DNA of 58,991 nucleotides, taken from positions 1 through 58,991 of the IMG/VR virus record IMGVR_UViG_3300043432_000110; one strand, 5' to 3'. The notes below the pieces were generated by a model, which ran no database searches, was not told the DNA's origin, and was given only the letters and a program-made list of their open reading frames with translations. Each line of letters starts with the position of its first letter. Positions within the stretch are counted from its first letter, which is position 1. The DNA comes from a virus. Its lineage: Duplodnaviria; Caudoviricetes. Of the stretch, positions 1-8,919 are shown one piece after another. Position numbers and translations under genes: made by a program.

Positions 1-127
1 GAACATTTGGGCGCGGCTCTTCGGGCTGTGCATGGCTAACACGACCTACAACGCGCCGAACGCCGGGGTGAGCCCAACGGGCATTAAGTCATTCAAGGCG
101 GACGCTGCGCTGGCCCGCTACAGCGTG
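1..127. repeat. Terminal direct repeat (identical to 58865-58991); circular assembly overlap
   Basis: First 127 nt equal the last 127 nt and a CDS reads through the junction. Confidence 0.97.
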
Positions 128-463
128 GTCATGCGCGGCGTCGGCACTCCTACGGACGAGTACGTGACGGTCCACACCACGACGACCATCCCGCTGGGGA
201 TCACGCTCGACGCCATTAGCACGGCGGAAGCTGCCGCCGGCGATCTGGTCGCGGTCGCGGTGCTCGGGGCGTGCAACGGGACGCTGCTGGCGGTGGCCGG
301 AGCGGCGATCCGCATTGACTACTACGTGTGCGGCGATGGAGCGGGCGGGATCAAGGAAGCGGCCAGCACCGAGTACTTCATCGGACGCGCACTACAAGCC
401 GCGACGGCGGCGGGCGACATCATTGAGATCACGCCGTGCCCGAACCCGGTGGTGAAGGCGTAA
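1..463 (+). CDS. Capsid cement/decoration protein (DUF2190-like) paralogue 3, 3' part; starts at 58848 and crosses the origin
   Basis: Paralogous to 57829 and 58348 ORFs (TYNAPN, PLGIxLD, IGRALQAAxAxGDIIE); directly before major capsid gene. Confidence 0.75.
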   Translation, partial: NIWARLFGLCMANTTYNAPNAGVSPTGIKSFKADAALARYSVVMRGVGTPTDEYVTVHTTTTIPLGITLDAISTAEAAAGDLVAVAVLGACNGTLLAVAGAAIRIDYYVCGDGAGGIKEAASTEYFIGRALQAATAAGDIIEITPCPNPVVKA

Positions 464-528
464 CACGAATTTACCCTGAAGCAGAGTGTCAGGGAGGATA
501 GACAACACACAAAAACAAAGGACAGACA

Positions 529-1554
529 ATGGAAGAGACACAGATGGCGAACATCCTCCCGCCTCTCGGGGGAGAAGACCGTGGTGACAAGAACAGTCCC
601 GGTGTAATCTGCATGGCCAACGCCAGCCGGTTCACGGAGACGTATTTCCAGCAACCGTTGACCGACTACGCACTCGGGTGGGGCGCGGCCAACCCGAAGA
701 TGGACGCGCTGCTTGAGTTCGTGGCACCGCAGGTCATTACGCCGCACCGTTTCGAATACGCGTACGGCGTCAACGACGAGTACTACCGGAGCGAGACGGA
801 CGACGTGCGCTCCATCGGCGCGGACTTCAAGCGGGTGGAATACACCAGCCTGAAGACGACCAGCCGCACGTTCAACAAGGGCCTGACCGTCCGCGTGGAC
901 GTCGAGGAAGTGGCGGGCATCCCCGATTGGGAAACCCGGACGGTGGACAAGTTGATGAAACGGCTCAAGCTGAATGACTTTCGGCGGGCCATCACGTTGC
1001 TCAAGACGGGCACGAACGACGCGCAGACCTGGAACGGGACGAGCGGCGAGAACCCGGACACGGGCGCGGCTTCCGTTCTGGAACGCCTCGTGGTCGGCAA
1101 CACTTCGCTGGGCTTCCCGGCCCTGAACCGGGTGCTCTACGGCGTCACGGCGTGGCACAAGCGCTTGCTCTCGCTTTCCGCACAGTCGCACGCTGCCGGG
1201 TTCGGCGGCTACGCGCTCACGGAACAGCAGCTTGCTGGTCTGCTTGGGGTGGATGAAGTCATGGTTAGCCGAGAGGTCTATGCTTCAGGTGGAGCGGCCC
1301 TGACCACGCTGGCGCCGGTGGTTGATACCACGGTCAGCACCACAGGCATCGTGCTCCTGTTCAACGCGCAGGCGGGCCAGAGCAAAGACGACCCATCCAG
1401 CATCAAGCGGTTCGTCAGCATGACGGACGGCGGCGGCGAGTACAAGGTTTACCGCCAGGAAGTGAACGCAAAGCTTGTGGACATCACGGTGGAGCACTAC
1501 TCAAACGTCGTAGCGACGTGCATTACCGGATGTCAGATGATAACGGTGTCGTAA
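529..1554 (+). CDS. Major capsid protein
   Basis: 341 aa; follows protease/scaffold/cement genes and precedes a strong hairpin. Confidence 0.8.
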   Translation: MEETQMANILPPLGGEDRGDKNSPGVICMANASRFTETYFQQPLTDYALGWGAANPKMDALLEFVAPQVITPHRFEYAYGVNDEYYRSETDDVRSIGADFKRVEYTSLKTTSRTFNKGLTVRVDVEEVAGIPDWETRTVDKLMKRLKLNDFRRAITLLKTGTNDAQTWNGTSGENPDTGAASVLERLVVGNTSLGFPALNRVLYGVTAWHKRLLSLSAQSHAAGFGGYALTEQQLAGLLGVDEVMVSREVYASGGAALTTLAPVVDTTVSTTGIVLLFNAQAGQSKDDPSSIKRFVSMTDGGGEYKVYRQEVNAKLVDITVEHYSNVVATCITGCQMITVS

Positions 1555-1580
1555 GTCTGGGTCGCGGTTGTTTGGGTTAT

Positions 1581-1614
1581 GGCCGGGCGGTGGCTGACAC
1601 TGCCGCCCGGCTTT
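1581..1614 (+). terminator. GC-rich hairpin/partial terminator after capsid gene
   Basis: GCCGGGCGGTGG...CTGCCGCCCGGC followed by TTTC. Confidence 0.55.
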
Positions 1615-1637
1615 CAACAAAGCGAAAGGCGCTGAAG

Positions 1638-2069
1638 ATGAAGAGACTACTTTACGCGGTGGCGGTGCTGGTGTTGTGCGTGTCGGGCGCGTTCGCTCAG
1701 GTTTACAGCACGATGACGCTGGGGACGAACGCCGTGCCGGCTTCTTCCACAAACTCGACGGCGTTGGGGACGGCAGTGGATATTGGGCGGCAGTCGAAGG
1801 TCGTGGTTTGGGTTTCGGCGAAGAGCCTGAGCAACACGAACCTGAACACGTTCATCCTGAGCTTCGCCGGGAGCGCCGACGGGACGACCTACCTGGCCGA
1901 CAACAGCATGCGCGTGCCGCTGGTGTTGAACGGGACTAACACGGCCACCGTTGCCAGCAACCTGGACGCGAGCTGGTATCAGTATCTACGGGCGAACCTT
2001 TACGAGTCTGCGGCTGGGAACGCCACCAACTACGTCACGAACATCGCGGTCAAATACCTACTGAAATGA
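1638..2069 (+). CDS. Signal-peptide-bearing, TN-rich protein in the virion module
   Basis: MKRLLYAVAVLVLCVSGAFA|Q Sec-type leader; 6 TN dipeptides in 143 aa. Confidence 0.75.
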   Translation: MKRLLYAVAVLVLCVSGAFAQVYSTMTLGTNAVPASSTNSTALGTAVDIGRQSKVVVWVSAKSLSNTNLNTFILSFAGSADGTTYLADNSMRVPLVLNGTNTATVASNLDASWYQYLRANLYESAAGNATNYVTNIAVKYLLK

Positions 2070-2962
2070 ACAGACTACTATTTTCCATCGGACTGCTGTT
2101 GGCTTTCGCGTTCAGCGCGCAGGCGACTATCGTGACGGGTACGGTGACGAACGCTGCCGGGGCGGCGGTGTCGTGCAAGGTCAACTTCGTGAAACTGGGG
2201 ACGGAAGCGGGCGACGGGATGATCATGACGCGGCAGGACATGTTCCAGCGCGAGACGGTTACGGCCACGGGCGCGTTCAGCATTGAGTTGACGCCGGGCA
2301 CTTACCTGATGAGTCTGTTCGATGGGACGATCTATCGGCAGCGCATCTTGACAGTGACAGGGACGACGGCGGACTACCACGCTTTGACTTCGTGGTATGA
2401 CGAGACTGTGCCGCAGAATGGGGCGAGTATCACGAACATCCCCACAACAGGCCTGACGAGCGCAATTCTGAGAAGCCTTGCGACTAACAACGCTTCAACG
2501 CTCACGAATATTCCGGCGACAGGGTTGTCGAGCGCAGTTCTGATAAAGCTGGCAACGAACAACGCGGCTTCACTGACCAACATCACGGCGTCCAGCACGA
2601 ACGCGGACACGGCGACGATAGCGACGTGGGTGACGGGCAACGGGGCGGCGCTCACGAATCAGGTGGGGTCGCAGGGTTACTTGACAGTGAACGGTGCATC
2701 GGACGGGATCGAGGTTGCGTTTAGAGCTTTTGCCGCGCAGACCAACCCGGTGTTCGCGGTGCAGTCGAGCGGTGCGGCGAACTTGGTTTCGGTCGGGCCG
2801 CAGGGCGCGTTGTTCCTGGCGACTAACGCCGTGGCGGATTGGCCAACGAACGCGGACACCTACGGCGGGGCGGCTTTCGTAAACAGCAACGCGACTGTGT
2901 TTCTGCTCATCAGCGGGCCGAACTCACGGGCGTGGACGAGCACGAACAAGATCGCTCCGTGA
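2066..2962 (+). CDS. Signal-peptide-bearing fibre-like protein (tail-fibre N-terminal-like domain, TN-rich repeats)
   Basis: MNRLLFSIGLLLAFAFSAQA| leader; TGTVTNAAG...GAFSIELTPGTY; repeated TNIPxTGLxSAxLxxLATNNA. Confidence 0.65.
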   Translation: MNRLLFSIGLLLAFAFSAQATIVTGTVTNAAGAAVSCKVNFVKLGTEAGDGMIMTRQDMFQRETVTATGAFSIELTPGTYLMSLFDGTIYRQRILTVTGTTADYHALTSWYDETVPQNGASITNIPTTGLTSAILRSLATNNASTLTNIPATGLSSAVLIKLATNNAASLTNITASSTNADTATIATWVTGNGAALTNQVGSQGYLTVNGASDGIEVAFRAFAAQTNPVFAVQSSGAANLVSVGPQGALFLATNAVADWPTNADTYGGAAFVNSNATVFLLISGPNSRAWTSTNKIAP

Positions 2963-3054
2963 AGATGGTTTATGATAATTTGAGCGCCGGGCTGCGGCTG
3001 TAGTTCCGACTTCCTTCCTTCCGGTCGCAGCTCCGGTGCGCTGAAAGAAAACAA

Positions 3055-3534
3055 ATGGCTGTGACGTGGAAAGTTCCGGTGGTAGGGGACGCAAGCAACT
3101 GGCTTCCGAAGTCGGTTGTGGACGCGGCCTCGATTCGCGACCCGCTGCAAGGGACGGAGAAGCTCACCGCGATACTCGAAGCCTGCGTTGACCGCGTGCG
3201 CGGGGCGGTGCGCAAGGGCAAGGTTACGCCGGTCAGTCTCACTACAGGAAGCGTGCCGCCGGAAGCCGTGGCGCACGTGTGGACGCTGGCGGTTGACAAG
3301 CTGGCGATGGGTGGTTCGCCGGAGCTGAGCCGCTACACGGAGACAGAGAGCTTCAAGAGCGCGAGGCAGGCGGCGGAGGACTGGCTGAAAGCGGTCAGCG
3401 ACCCCAAAGACGCGGTCGGGACGGACTACCCGGCTGACCCGGACACGGACGCAAGCGGCATGGCGCGGACGGTTGTCGTCACTCCAAACGCGGACGGGGA
3501 GATAATGACACGCGACCAGTGCGAGGGCCTGTGA
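3055..3534 (+). CDS. Head-tail adaptor (Mu gp36-like)
   Basis: Size, position and the AAEDWLKAVS motif. Confidence 0.6.
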   Translation: MAVTWKVPVVGDASNWLPKSVVDAASIRDPLQGTEKLTAILEACVDRVRGAVRKGKVTPVSLTTGSVPPEAVAHVWTLAVDKLAMGGSPELSRYTETESFKSARQAAEDWLKAVSDPKDAVGTDYPADPDTDASGMARTVVVTPNADGEIMTRDQCEGL

Positions 3535-5360
3535 ACGCGCTCGCCACCATGCGGGAGAACGACCGGCTGATCGCCGGGTTCTCAAAACACTCTCACCGGG
3601 CTGCGGCGAGTCCTGTCAAGCAGGTGTCACGCGGCCTGAGCAACTCGCCTGGATTTCAAAATCTTGGGTTTCAGGGCGCTGGTCGTCTTCCGTCTCTCAT
3701 ACCTGCGGCCAGCGCCCCCTTGCTTCAGGCGAACGAACGGCTGATCGTGCAATGGGAGAATGAGCAACTGATTCAGGACGTGGCTGTGAAACTGTTGGCC
3801 AACACCGCCCCACCAGACAACAAGAACACGCGGCACGCTGCGGCCACTCTCTTGCGCACGGTCCAACTTCAGGGCGTAGCGCTGTGGATCGAGGGCAAGG
3901 TGAACGAGCGGTTGGCGCACTTGCAGACAGAGCTAGTGGCGACGGTTAGGGCCGATGATCCCACGGACGACTCCCCGGCGCAGTTGGCGAAGCTGTTCAA
4001 CGACGCCGAGCAGAGGATACGGGGCGCGTTCGCTCAAGTGCAAGGGCAGGTGGAACATTGGCTGCGGCAGGTGGCCAAGGCGGTCGGGGACAGGAGCCGG
4101 GCGGAACTAAAGGCGCACCACAACCGGGTGGTCATCACGGGCGGCATGGACAAAGCGGCTCAAGCGCCGGTACTGGGGTTGACGCTGGGCGAACACTTCA
4201 AGAGCCAGGCGGACGGGCTGCTGCTGCGGTTCAAGAGCGCTATCAGGACCGGGCTGGCGGCGGGCGACACGCTGGACAAGCTGGTCAATCGTGTGACGGG
4301 CGACGAGCGGAGCGTGGAGGCGGTGAATGCCGCGCCGATGGGGCACGAGTTTTACGGGAATCAGTGGACCGACGTTGGCGGTGGAGTATCGGAACTGACA
4401 GGCGACAGGGGGAAATTCGTGGACAGCGCGGATAAAGATGTCCAGTCGTGGCCAGAAGGAGACGCCAAGGAACAAGCACAGAACGCTCTTGAAGACATCC
4501 GTGAGGATAAGTCGGGACATGTGCTGGTGGTGCGCGGGGAGAATGGTAGAATTGAAGGCTTGGCAAAAACATCTCCGAGTCCTGACGGAAATTCACTGAA
4601 CCTGAATTTCATGGCGAGCCGTGAGCGTGGACAAGGCGCTGGCAGGAAGATGATGTTGTCGGTCTTGGAAAAAGCGGGGGGACAGAAGAAGGCGTTGACA
4701 CTTCACGCCACTTTAGATTCAGCTCCGTTCTACCGGAAGTTCAATCCTACAAGCGAAAACGGGGCGCAGTTTTACTGGTCGCCGAAGTTTACTCGTCGCT
4801 ACTCCGGCGTATCTGGAGCTAACGCCGAGTTTGTTTCCACCGCGTTACAAGTCGCCGTGCGCATCGTTGACGCGGCGGAGGGCAGCTTCTCCAAGCTGAT
4901 AGAGTCGGCGGTTCACGCCGTCGCGCAGGCCGTCGAGGAAGGCGTGTTCGACTCCATGCCGGACGCGGACAAGTCAACGATGGGCTGGCAGTGGGTCGGC
5001 GTGTTGGACGACCGCATCTGTGAGCGGTGCGAGTTTTATGACGGCAGCCTCTACGACTCAGAGTACGAGCCGGTCGGGGACTCGCCGGAACTACAGGAAG
5101 CTCCGCCCTTGCACTTCAACTGCCGCTGCAAGCTGGTCGCCGTGGACCTGGAGGCTGAACCGTTGCCGAAGGAGACGAAGCTGGACGGTTGGCTCAAGAC
5201 GATTGACGAGCGTTCACCAGCCGCGACCAAGGCTGTATTCGGGCAAGGGCCGACTGAGGCTTTCCGGCGTGGGGACTTGACCGGGGCGGACCTGCTCAAG
5301 AGCGTCAGGCCATACAGCCCGGACGAATTCGCGGAGATCGAGAGCGTGATGAACCGATGA
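3531..5360 (+). CDS. MuF minor head protein with an inserted GNAT-like domain
   Basis: C-terminal WQWVGVLDDRICERC...PPLHFNCRC MuF signature; internal RGQGAGRKMM...FYRKF GNAT motifs; GTG start coupled to upstream stop. Confidence 0.85.
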   Translation: MNALATMRENDRLIAGFSKHSHRAAASPVKQVSRGLSNSPGFQNLGFQGAGRLPSLIPAASAPLLQANERLIVQWENEQLIQDVAVKLLANTAPPDNKNTRHAAATLLRTVQLQGVALWIEGKVNERLAHLQTELVATVRADDPTDDSPAQLAKLFNDAEQRIRGAFAQVQGQVEHWLRQVAKAVGDRSRAELKAHHNRVVITGGMDKAAQAPVLGLTLGEHFKSQADGLLLRFKSAIRTGLAAGDTLDKLVNRVTGDERSVEAVNAAPMGHEFYGNQWTDVGGGVSELTGDRGKFVDSADKDVQSWPEGDAKEQAQNALEDIREDKSGHVLVVRGENGRIEGLAKTSPSPDGNSLNLNFMASRERGQGAGRKMMLSVLEKAGGQKKALTLHATLDSAPFYRKFNPTSENGAQFYWSPKFTRRYSGVSGANAEFVSTALQVAVRIVDAAEGSFSKLIESAVHAVAQAVEEGVFDSMPDADKSTMGWQWVGVLDDRICERCEFYDGSLYDSEYEPVGDSPELQEAPPLHFNCRCKLVAVDLEAEPLPKETKLDGWLKTIDERSPAATKAVFGQGPTEAFRRGDLTGADLLKSVRPYSPDEFAEIESVMNR

Positions 5361-6010
5361 GCGCCGCTGTAACAGTCACGGTTTTGAAGGACAATGCAAC
5401 GCCGGCGATGGCTGAGCTTTCCAAGTTCGCCACGGCGTCGAGCGTGCGTGCGCGCATGATGACCGCGTGCATTGACTTGACCAAAGAACACGTGGCAGCG
5501 CTCGGGCCGAACAAACAAGGATGGCCGACGACCAACTTCTACAAGACGGTAGCGGAAGAAGGCACGGACGGTCTGTTGACATCTGATGGGTTCGTTGTGC
5601 GAGTGGATCACCCTAACAAGCCCGGTTCTATGCGGCAGAGGTTTTATGGCGGGACGATCCGCATGAAGGACAAGATGCTAACGATACCGGCGCGGGCTGA
5701 GTTTTATGGCAGGACAGCAACGGAGTTCACCAACCTGCGGCTGGCGGTGTTCGGCAGCGGGACTCTGGCTTTGGTTGTAGGTAAAGGTGGAGTGGGTCGG
5801 GTGAACTTTGCGACTGGGCAAGAGAAGAGCGTGCGCGGTGCTGGAAAGCGGGCGGAGTCAATGGTAGCATACTGGCTCAAGGAATCGGTTGACCAAGACC
5901 CGGATGCCGGAGTTATTCCAGACGAGCAGACTTACGCGGACACATGCGTTGAGAACTTGGCTGCTCAGTTTGACATGTGGAACGAGATGAAGGGAGCGAA
6001 GCTGAATTGA
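5357..6010 (+). CDS. Virion morphogenesis/tail-completion protein (Mu gpG-like)
   Basis: Position; YGGTIRMKDKMLTIP motif. Confidence 0.55.
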   Translation: MSAAVTVTVLKDNATPAMAELSKFATASSVRARMMTACIDLTKEHVAALGPNKQGWPTTNFYKTVAEEGTDGLLTSDGFVVRVDHPNKPGSMRQRFYGGTIRMKDKMLTIPARAEFYGRTATEFTNLRLAVFGSGTLALVVGKGGVGRVNFATGQEKSVRGAGKRAESMVAYWLKESVDQDPDAGVIPDEQTYADTCVENLAAQFDMWNEMKGAKLN

Positions 6011-6011
6011 C

Positions 6012-6728
6012 ATGCTCGACCTCGTCCAAGCACAGAAGGATTTGACGCACGCTCTATTGAGCGCGGAGAACCTGCGTAGCGTGGCGGTGTTGAGCTACCG
6101 GGCGAAACGGATTGCGAACGAGCTGGACTATAGGACGTTCCTGACGACCGGGCGCAACGGACGAACGGGGGCGTTCGTCATGGTGATGATGCCGGAAGCG
6201 TTGTCAGGCCATCGCAACGTGACCGGGCCGATCCTCGACTGGGACTTTCCTGTGATATGCATCGAGCAGCCGGACTTGAACCTGGACAGCCAGAACGGGA
6301 CGTTGCTGAGCGCAGAGGAGATCGGGCAGCGGGTCATGGACGCTCTGCACCTGCACGCGGACGAGTATTACGGGACGTTCGCCATTACTGGAAAGGCTAT
6401 GAAGGCGGAGGGCGACTTTGTGTTTCCAGGGTGCATCGGCTACCGGGTGACGCTTTCCTTGTCGGTGGGGCGCAATACACAGACGGCGCGGTGCGCCGGG
6501 GTGGCGGTGGCCATTGGCACAGGCACTTGCACACTGACGTGCGCCACGGTCGGGGCGGAGATTTACTACACCACAGACGGGACATTCCCATCGTGGTCAA
6601 ACACAGTCAACCCGTCCGCCATTCTCTACGAGACGCCATTTGCGGTCGTGAGTGGGGACATAATCCGAGCCTGCGCGTATGCGATGGGCTACAATGCATC
6701 ACCAGTGCGGCGAGTTGTCGCAACGTAA
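6012..6728 (+). CDS. Putative tail terminator with C-terminal Fn3-associated/chitobiase-C-like domain
   Basis: LTCATVGAEIYYTTDGTFPS...YETPF motif; precedes tail tube gene. Confidence 0.55.
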   Translation: MLDLVQAQKDLTHALLSAENLRSVAVLSYRAKRIANELDYRTFLTTGRNGRTGAFVMVMMPEALSGHRNVTGPILDWDFPVICIEQPDLNLDSQNGTLLSAEEIGQRVMDALHLHADEYYGTFAITGKAMKAEGDFVFPGCIGYRVTLSLSVGRNTQTARCAGVAVAIGTGTCTLTCATVGAEIYYTTDGTFPSWSNTVNPSAILYETPFAVVSGDIIRACAYAMGYNASPVRRVVAT

Positions 6729-6746
6729 ACAGAAAGAGAGCACAAC

Positions 6747-7718
6747 ATGGCAGACCAAATCATCTATGCAGGACCGGGCAAGTTCAAACTGGGATCCGCG
6801 TGGTACGCGCACGCGGAAGGGGGCAGCGAAATTGTCGCCCGCATGATCGAAGAAACGCACCCTGCCGTCAGCAGTTTGCACGGCACGCTCAAGCATTACG
6901 CCGGGGAACAGCGGGCGGAAATCAGCTTCACGCCCTTTGATGACTGGTCGCTGATTCCAAAGCTGCTACCTTTCCCGCACGTGAAGTGGAAGGGAACGGC
7001 TGGAACATTGGCGCAAGGCGCGGACCCGCATACCGGGACTGCCGTTGCGGGCCAGCTTTACCGCATGGACGGGACGGGTGGGCTGACCTTCCTGCGGTGC
7101 GCGATTACCGGACATCCCTCAATTCATCTCGGAATTGACAAGCCGCTGTTTGATGGCGTGACCGTGACGGCTCTGGGTGTGTTGACCGTGGGAACGAATC
7201 GAGGTGATGCTGGATTCCTTTACACCGTGACCGACACCGGCGACACGATGGCGGCAACGACTTACAGCTCCGCCAACCTGCTGCGCGGCAACTGGACGGG
7301 CGTGTACGGCTCTGTGCTTCCGAGCATCGAGGCCGTTGACGGCTGGACGATCACGCCCACCGTGTCCTATCGGTCGCACAAGTCGGCGGGCGGTCTGACG
7401 CGAAAGATGACGCTCGAAAACATTGACTTCGAGGTAACGTGCAAACCCACAGGGCCAACCGGGACACTGATGAAAGCGGCTCTGTCGCGCCTGAGTTTGG
7501 GTGAGGAATTGCTGAGTGGTGATGACTTAGTACTGACGCACAATGATGGGCTAACCAAAGTCACGCTGGTCAAACCTGCTGTCACCGGGGGCGGAATGGC
7601 TTACGGCAATGACCTTGGCTTTCAGGAAATCTCGTTCCGCTCAAGCGTCACACTGGCAAGCGATGTCGTCACTCCTGTGTTGGAGTTCACAGACGTTGGC
7701 GGATCGGTTACTCCATGA
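6747..7718 (+). CDS. Putative major tail (tube) protein
   Basis: 323 aa, Gly/Thr-rich, position after neck genes; no sheath gene seen. Confidence 0.5.
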   Translation: MADQIIYAGPGKFKLGSAWYAHAEGGSEIVARMIEETHPAVSSLHGTLKHYAGEQRAEISFTPFDDWSLIPKLLPFPHVKWKGTAGTLAQGADPHTGTAVAGQLYRMDGTGGLTFLRCAITGHPSIHLGIDKPLFDGVTVTALGVLTVGTNRGDAGFLYTVTDTGDTMAATTYSSANLLRGNWTGVYGSVLPSIEAVDGWTITPTVSYRSHKSAGGLTRKMTLENIDFEVTCKPTGPTGTLMKAALSRLSLGEELLSGDDLVLTHNDGLTKVTLVKPAVTGGGMAYGNDLGFQEISFRSSVTLASDVVTPVLEFTDVGGSVTP

Positions 7719-8131
7719 TGATCGGCTACAGACTGACGAGTTCATCGGGAACTGACTACACGCCCTTGTTCGATGAGGAACTGGGGGACGTGTTGGAACA
7801 GTTCCCACCGTCATTCGCGCCAGTCAACCAGATCGAGCCGCTGCTGGGGGCGACGAACCAGTTCGCCGAACCGAGAGGGAACATCCGCTGCTCGTTCACG
7901 CTGAACGTGACGATGACTTACGCGAGTGCGGACGACGCGCTGCGTTCCATCCGCACGCCGTGGTCTGAGCTGCTCAACGCGAAGTTCCACCTGAAAGTAA
8001 CACAGGGCGAGGAAGAGCAGTACTACCCAAACGCCGTGGCGACAGGTTACTCGCCGGCGTGGTTCGGATTGACCGTCATTCACAGCATGAGCTTTTCGAC
8101 GGACACCGTCACAAGCACCGTACCAACATGA
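7715..8131 (+). CDS. Hypothetical tail protein
   Basis: Translationally coupled ORF in tail operon. Confidence 0.6.
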   Translation: MMIGYRLTSSSGTDYTPLFDEELGDVLEQFPPSFAPVNQIEPLLGATNQFAEPRGNIRCSFTLNVTMTYASADDALRSIRTPWSELLNAKFHLKVTQGEEEQYYPNAVATGYSPAWFGLTVIHSMSFSTDTVTSTVPT

Positions 8132-8919
8132 AAAGACTTCTGACATTCTTTGCGCTTCTGGCCGTGTGGCCTGGGTTCGGCGCGACCATCACCAATACCA
8201 TCGTTGACCCGGCTGGAAACCCGGTTGCCGTGGCCGTCAAGTTCACACTGCTGTCCAGTCCCTACGGAGACACGAACCTGTTCATCGTGGCCAAGCCGGT
8301 GACGTTCACCACGGGCACGAACGGGCTGCTGACCAACGTGCTGCGGCAGGGACTCTACCAGGTGGACTTCGGCAACTACTACGGCGGCGTCCGAATCCTG
8401 GTGCCGAACGATGCCGGCTACTACGATCTGATGACGATAGCGACGAACCTGCCGACGTGGCAGGTCACGAACTACATGCAGGTGTTCGCCGGGGCGACTC
8501 TGCTGACGGACTTGGGGACGGCCTACTACTCGAACGCGACGGCGTTCCTGCTGAGCTACCAGACCAACCAACCGCTGAGCCAGATCACGAATGCGGGGAC
8601 AATCGCCTACTCAAACGCGGCGTCCTACTTTAACGCGACGAACCTTTCACTGTGGTACTTCACCACAAATAACGGCGCGTTCCTGACCAACCTGAACCTG
8701 GCGAACGCCACCAACACCGGGACGGCAGCTTATAGCAACTCAACCGTGTTCGCGCCGAACACCTACGCCGGGGTGAGCAACGCCATGCGGTTCGCGGCGG
8801 CGACGAACATCACCGGAGTCACCGCGACGAAGCTGCTCTACACCACGAACCTATCCGGGGTTGAGATCACGAACACCATCGTCATCAGCAATGGAGTCAT
8901 CACCTCTTGGTCGCCATGA
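8128..8919 (+). CDS. Signal-peptide-bearing fibre-like protein, very TN-rich
   Basis: MKRLLTFFALLAVWPGFGA| leader; 15 TN + 5 SN in 263 aa; N-domain resembles the 2066 protein. Confidence 0.7.
   Translation: MKRLLTFFALLAVWPGFGATITNTIVDPAGNPVAVAVKFTLLSSPYGDTNLFIVAKPVTFTTGTNGLLTNVLRQGLYQVDFGNYYGGVRILVPNDAGYYDLMTIATNLPTWQVTNYMQVFAGATLLTDLGTAYYSNATAFLLSYQTNQPLSQITNAGTIAYSNAASYFNATNLSLWYFTTNNGAFLTNLNLANATNTGTAAYSNSTVFAPNTYAGVSNAMRFAAATNITGVTATKLLYTTNLSGVEITNTIVISNGVITSWSP

Noticed and set aside
7715-8131. Tail assembly chaperone with programmed frameshift
   Set aside because: No slippery site or overlapping extension was identified
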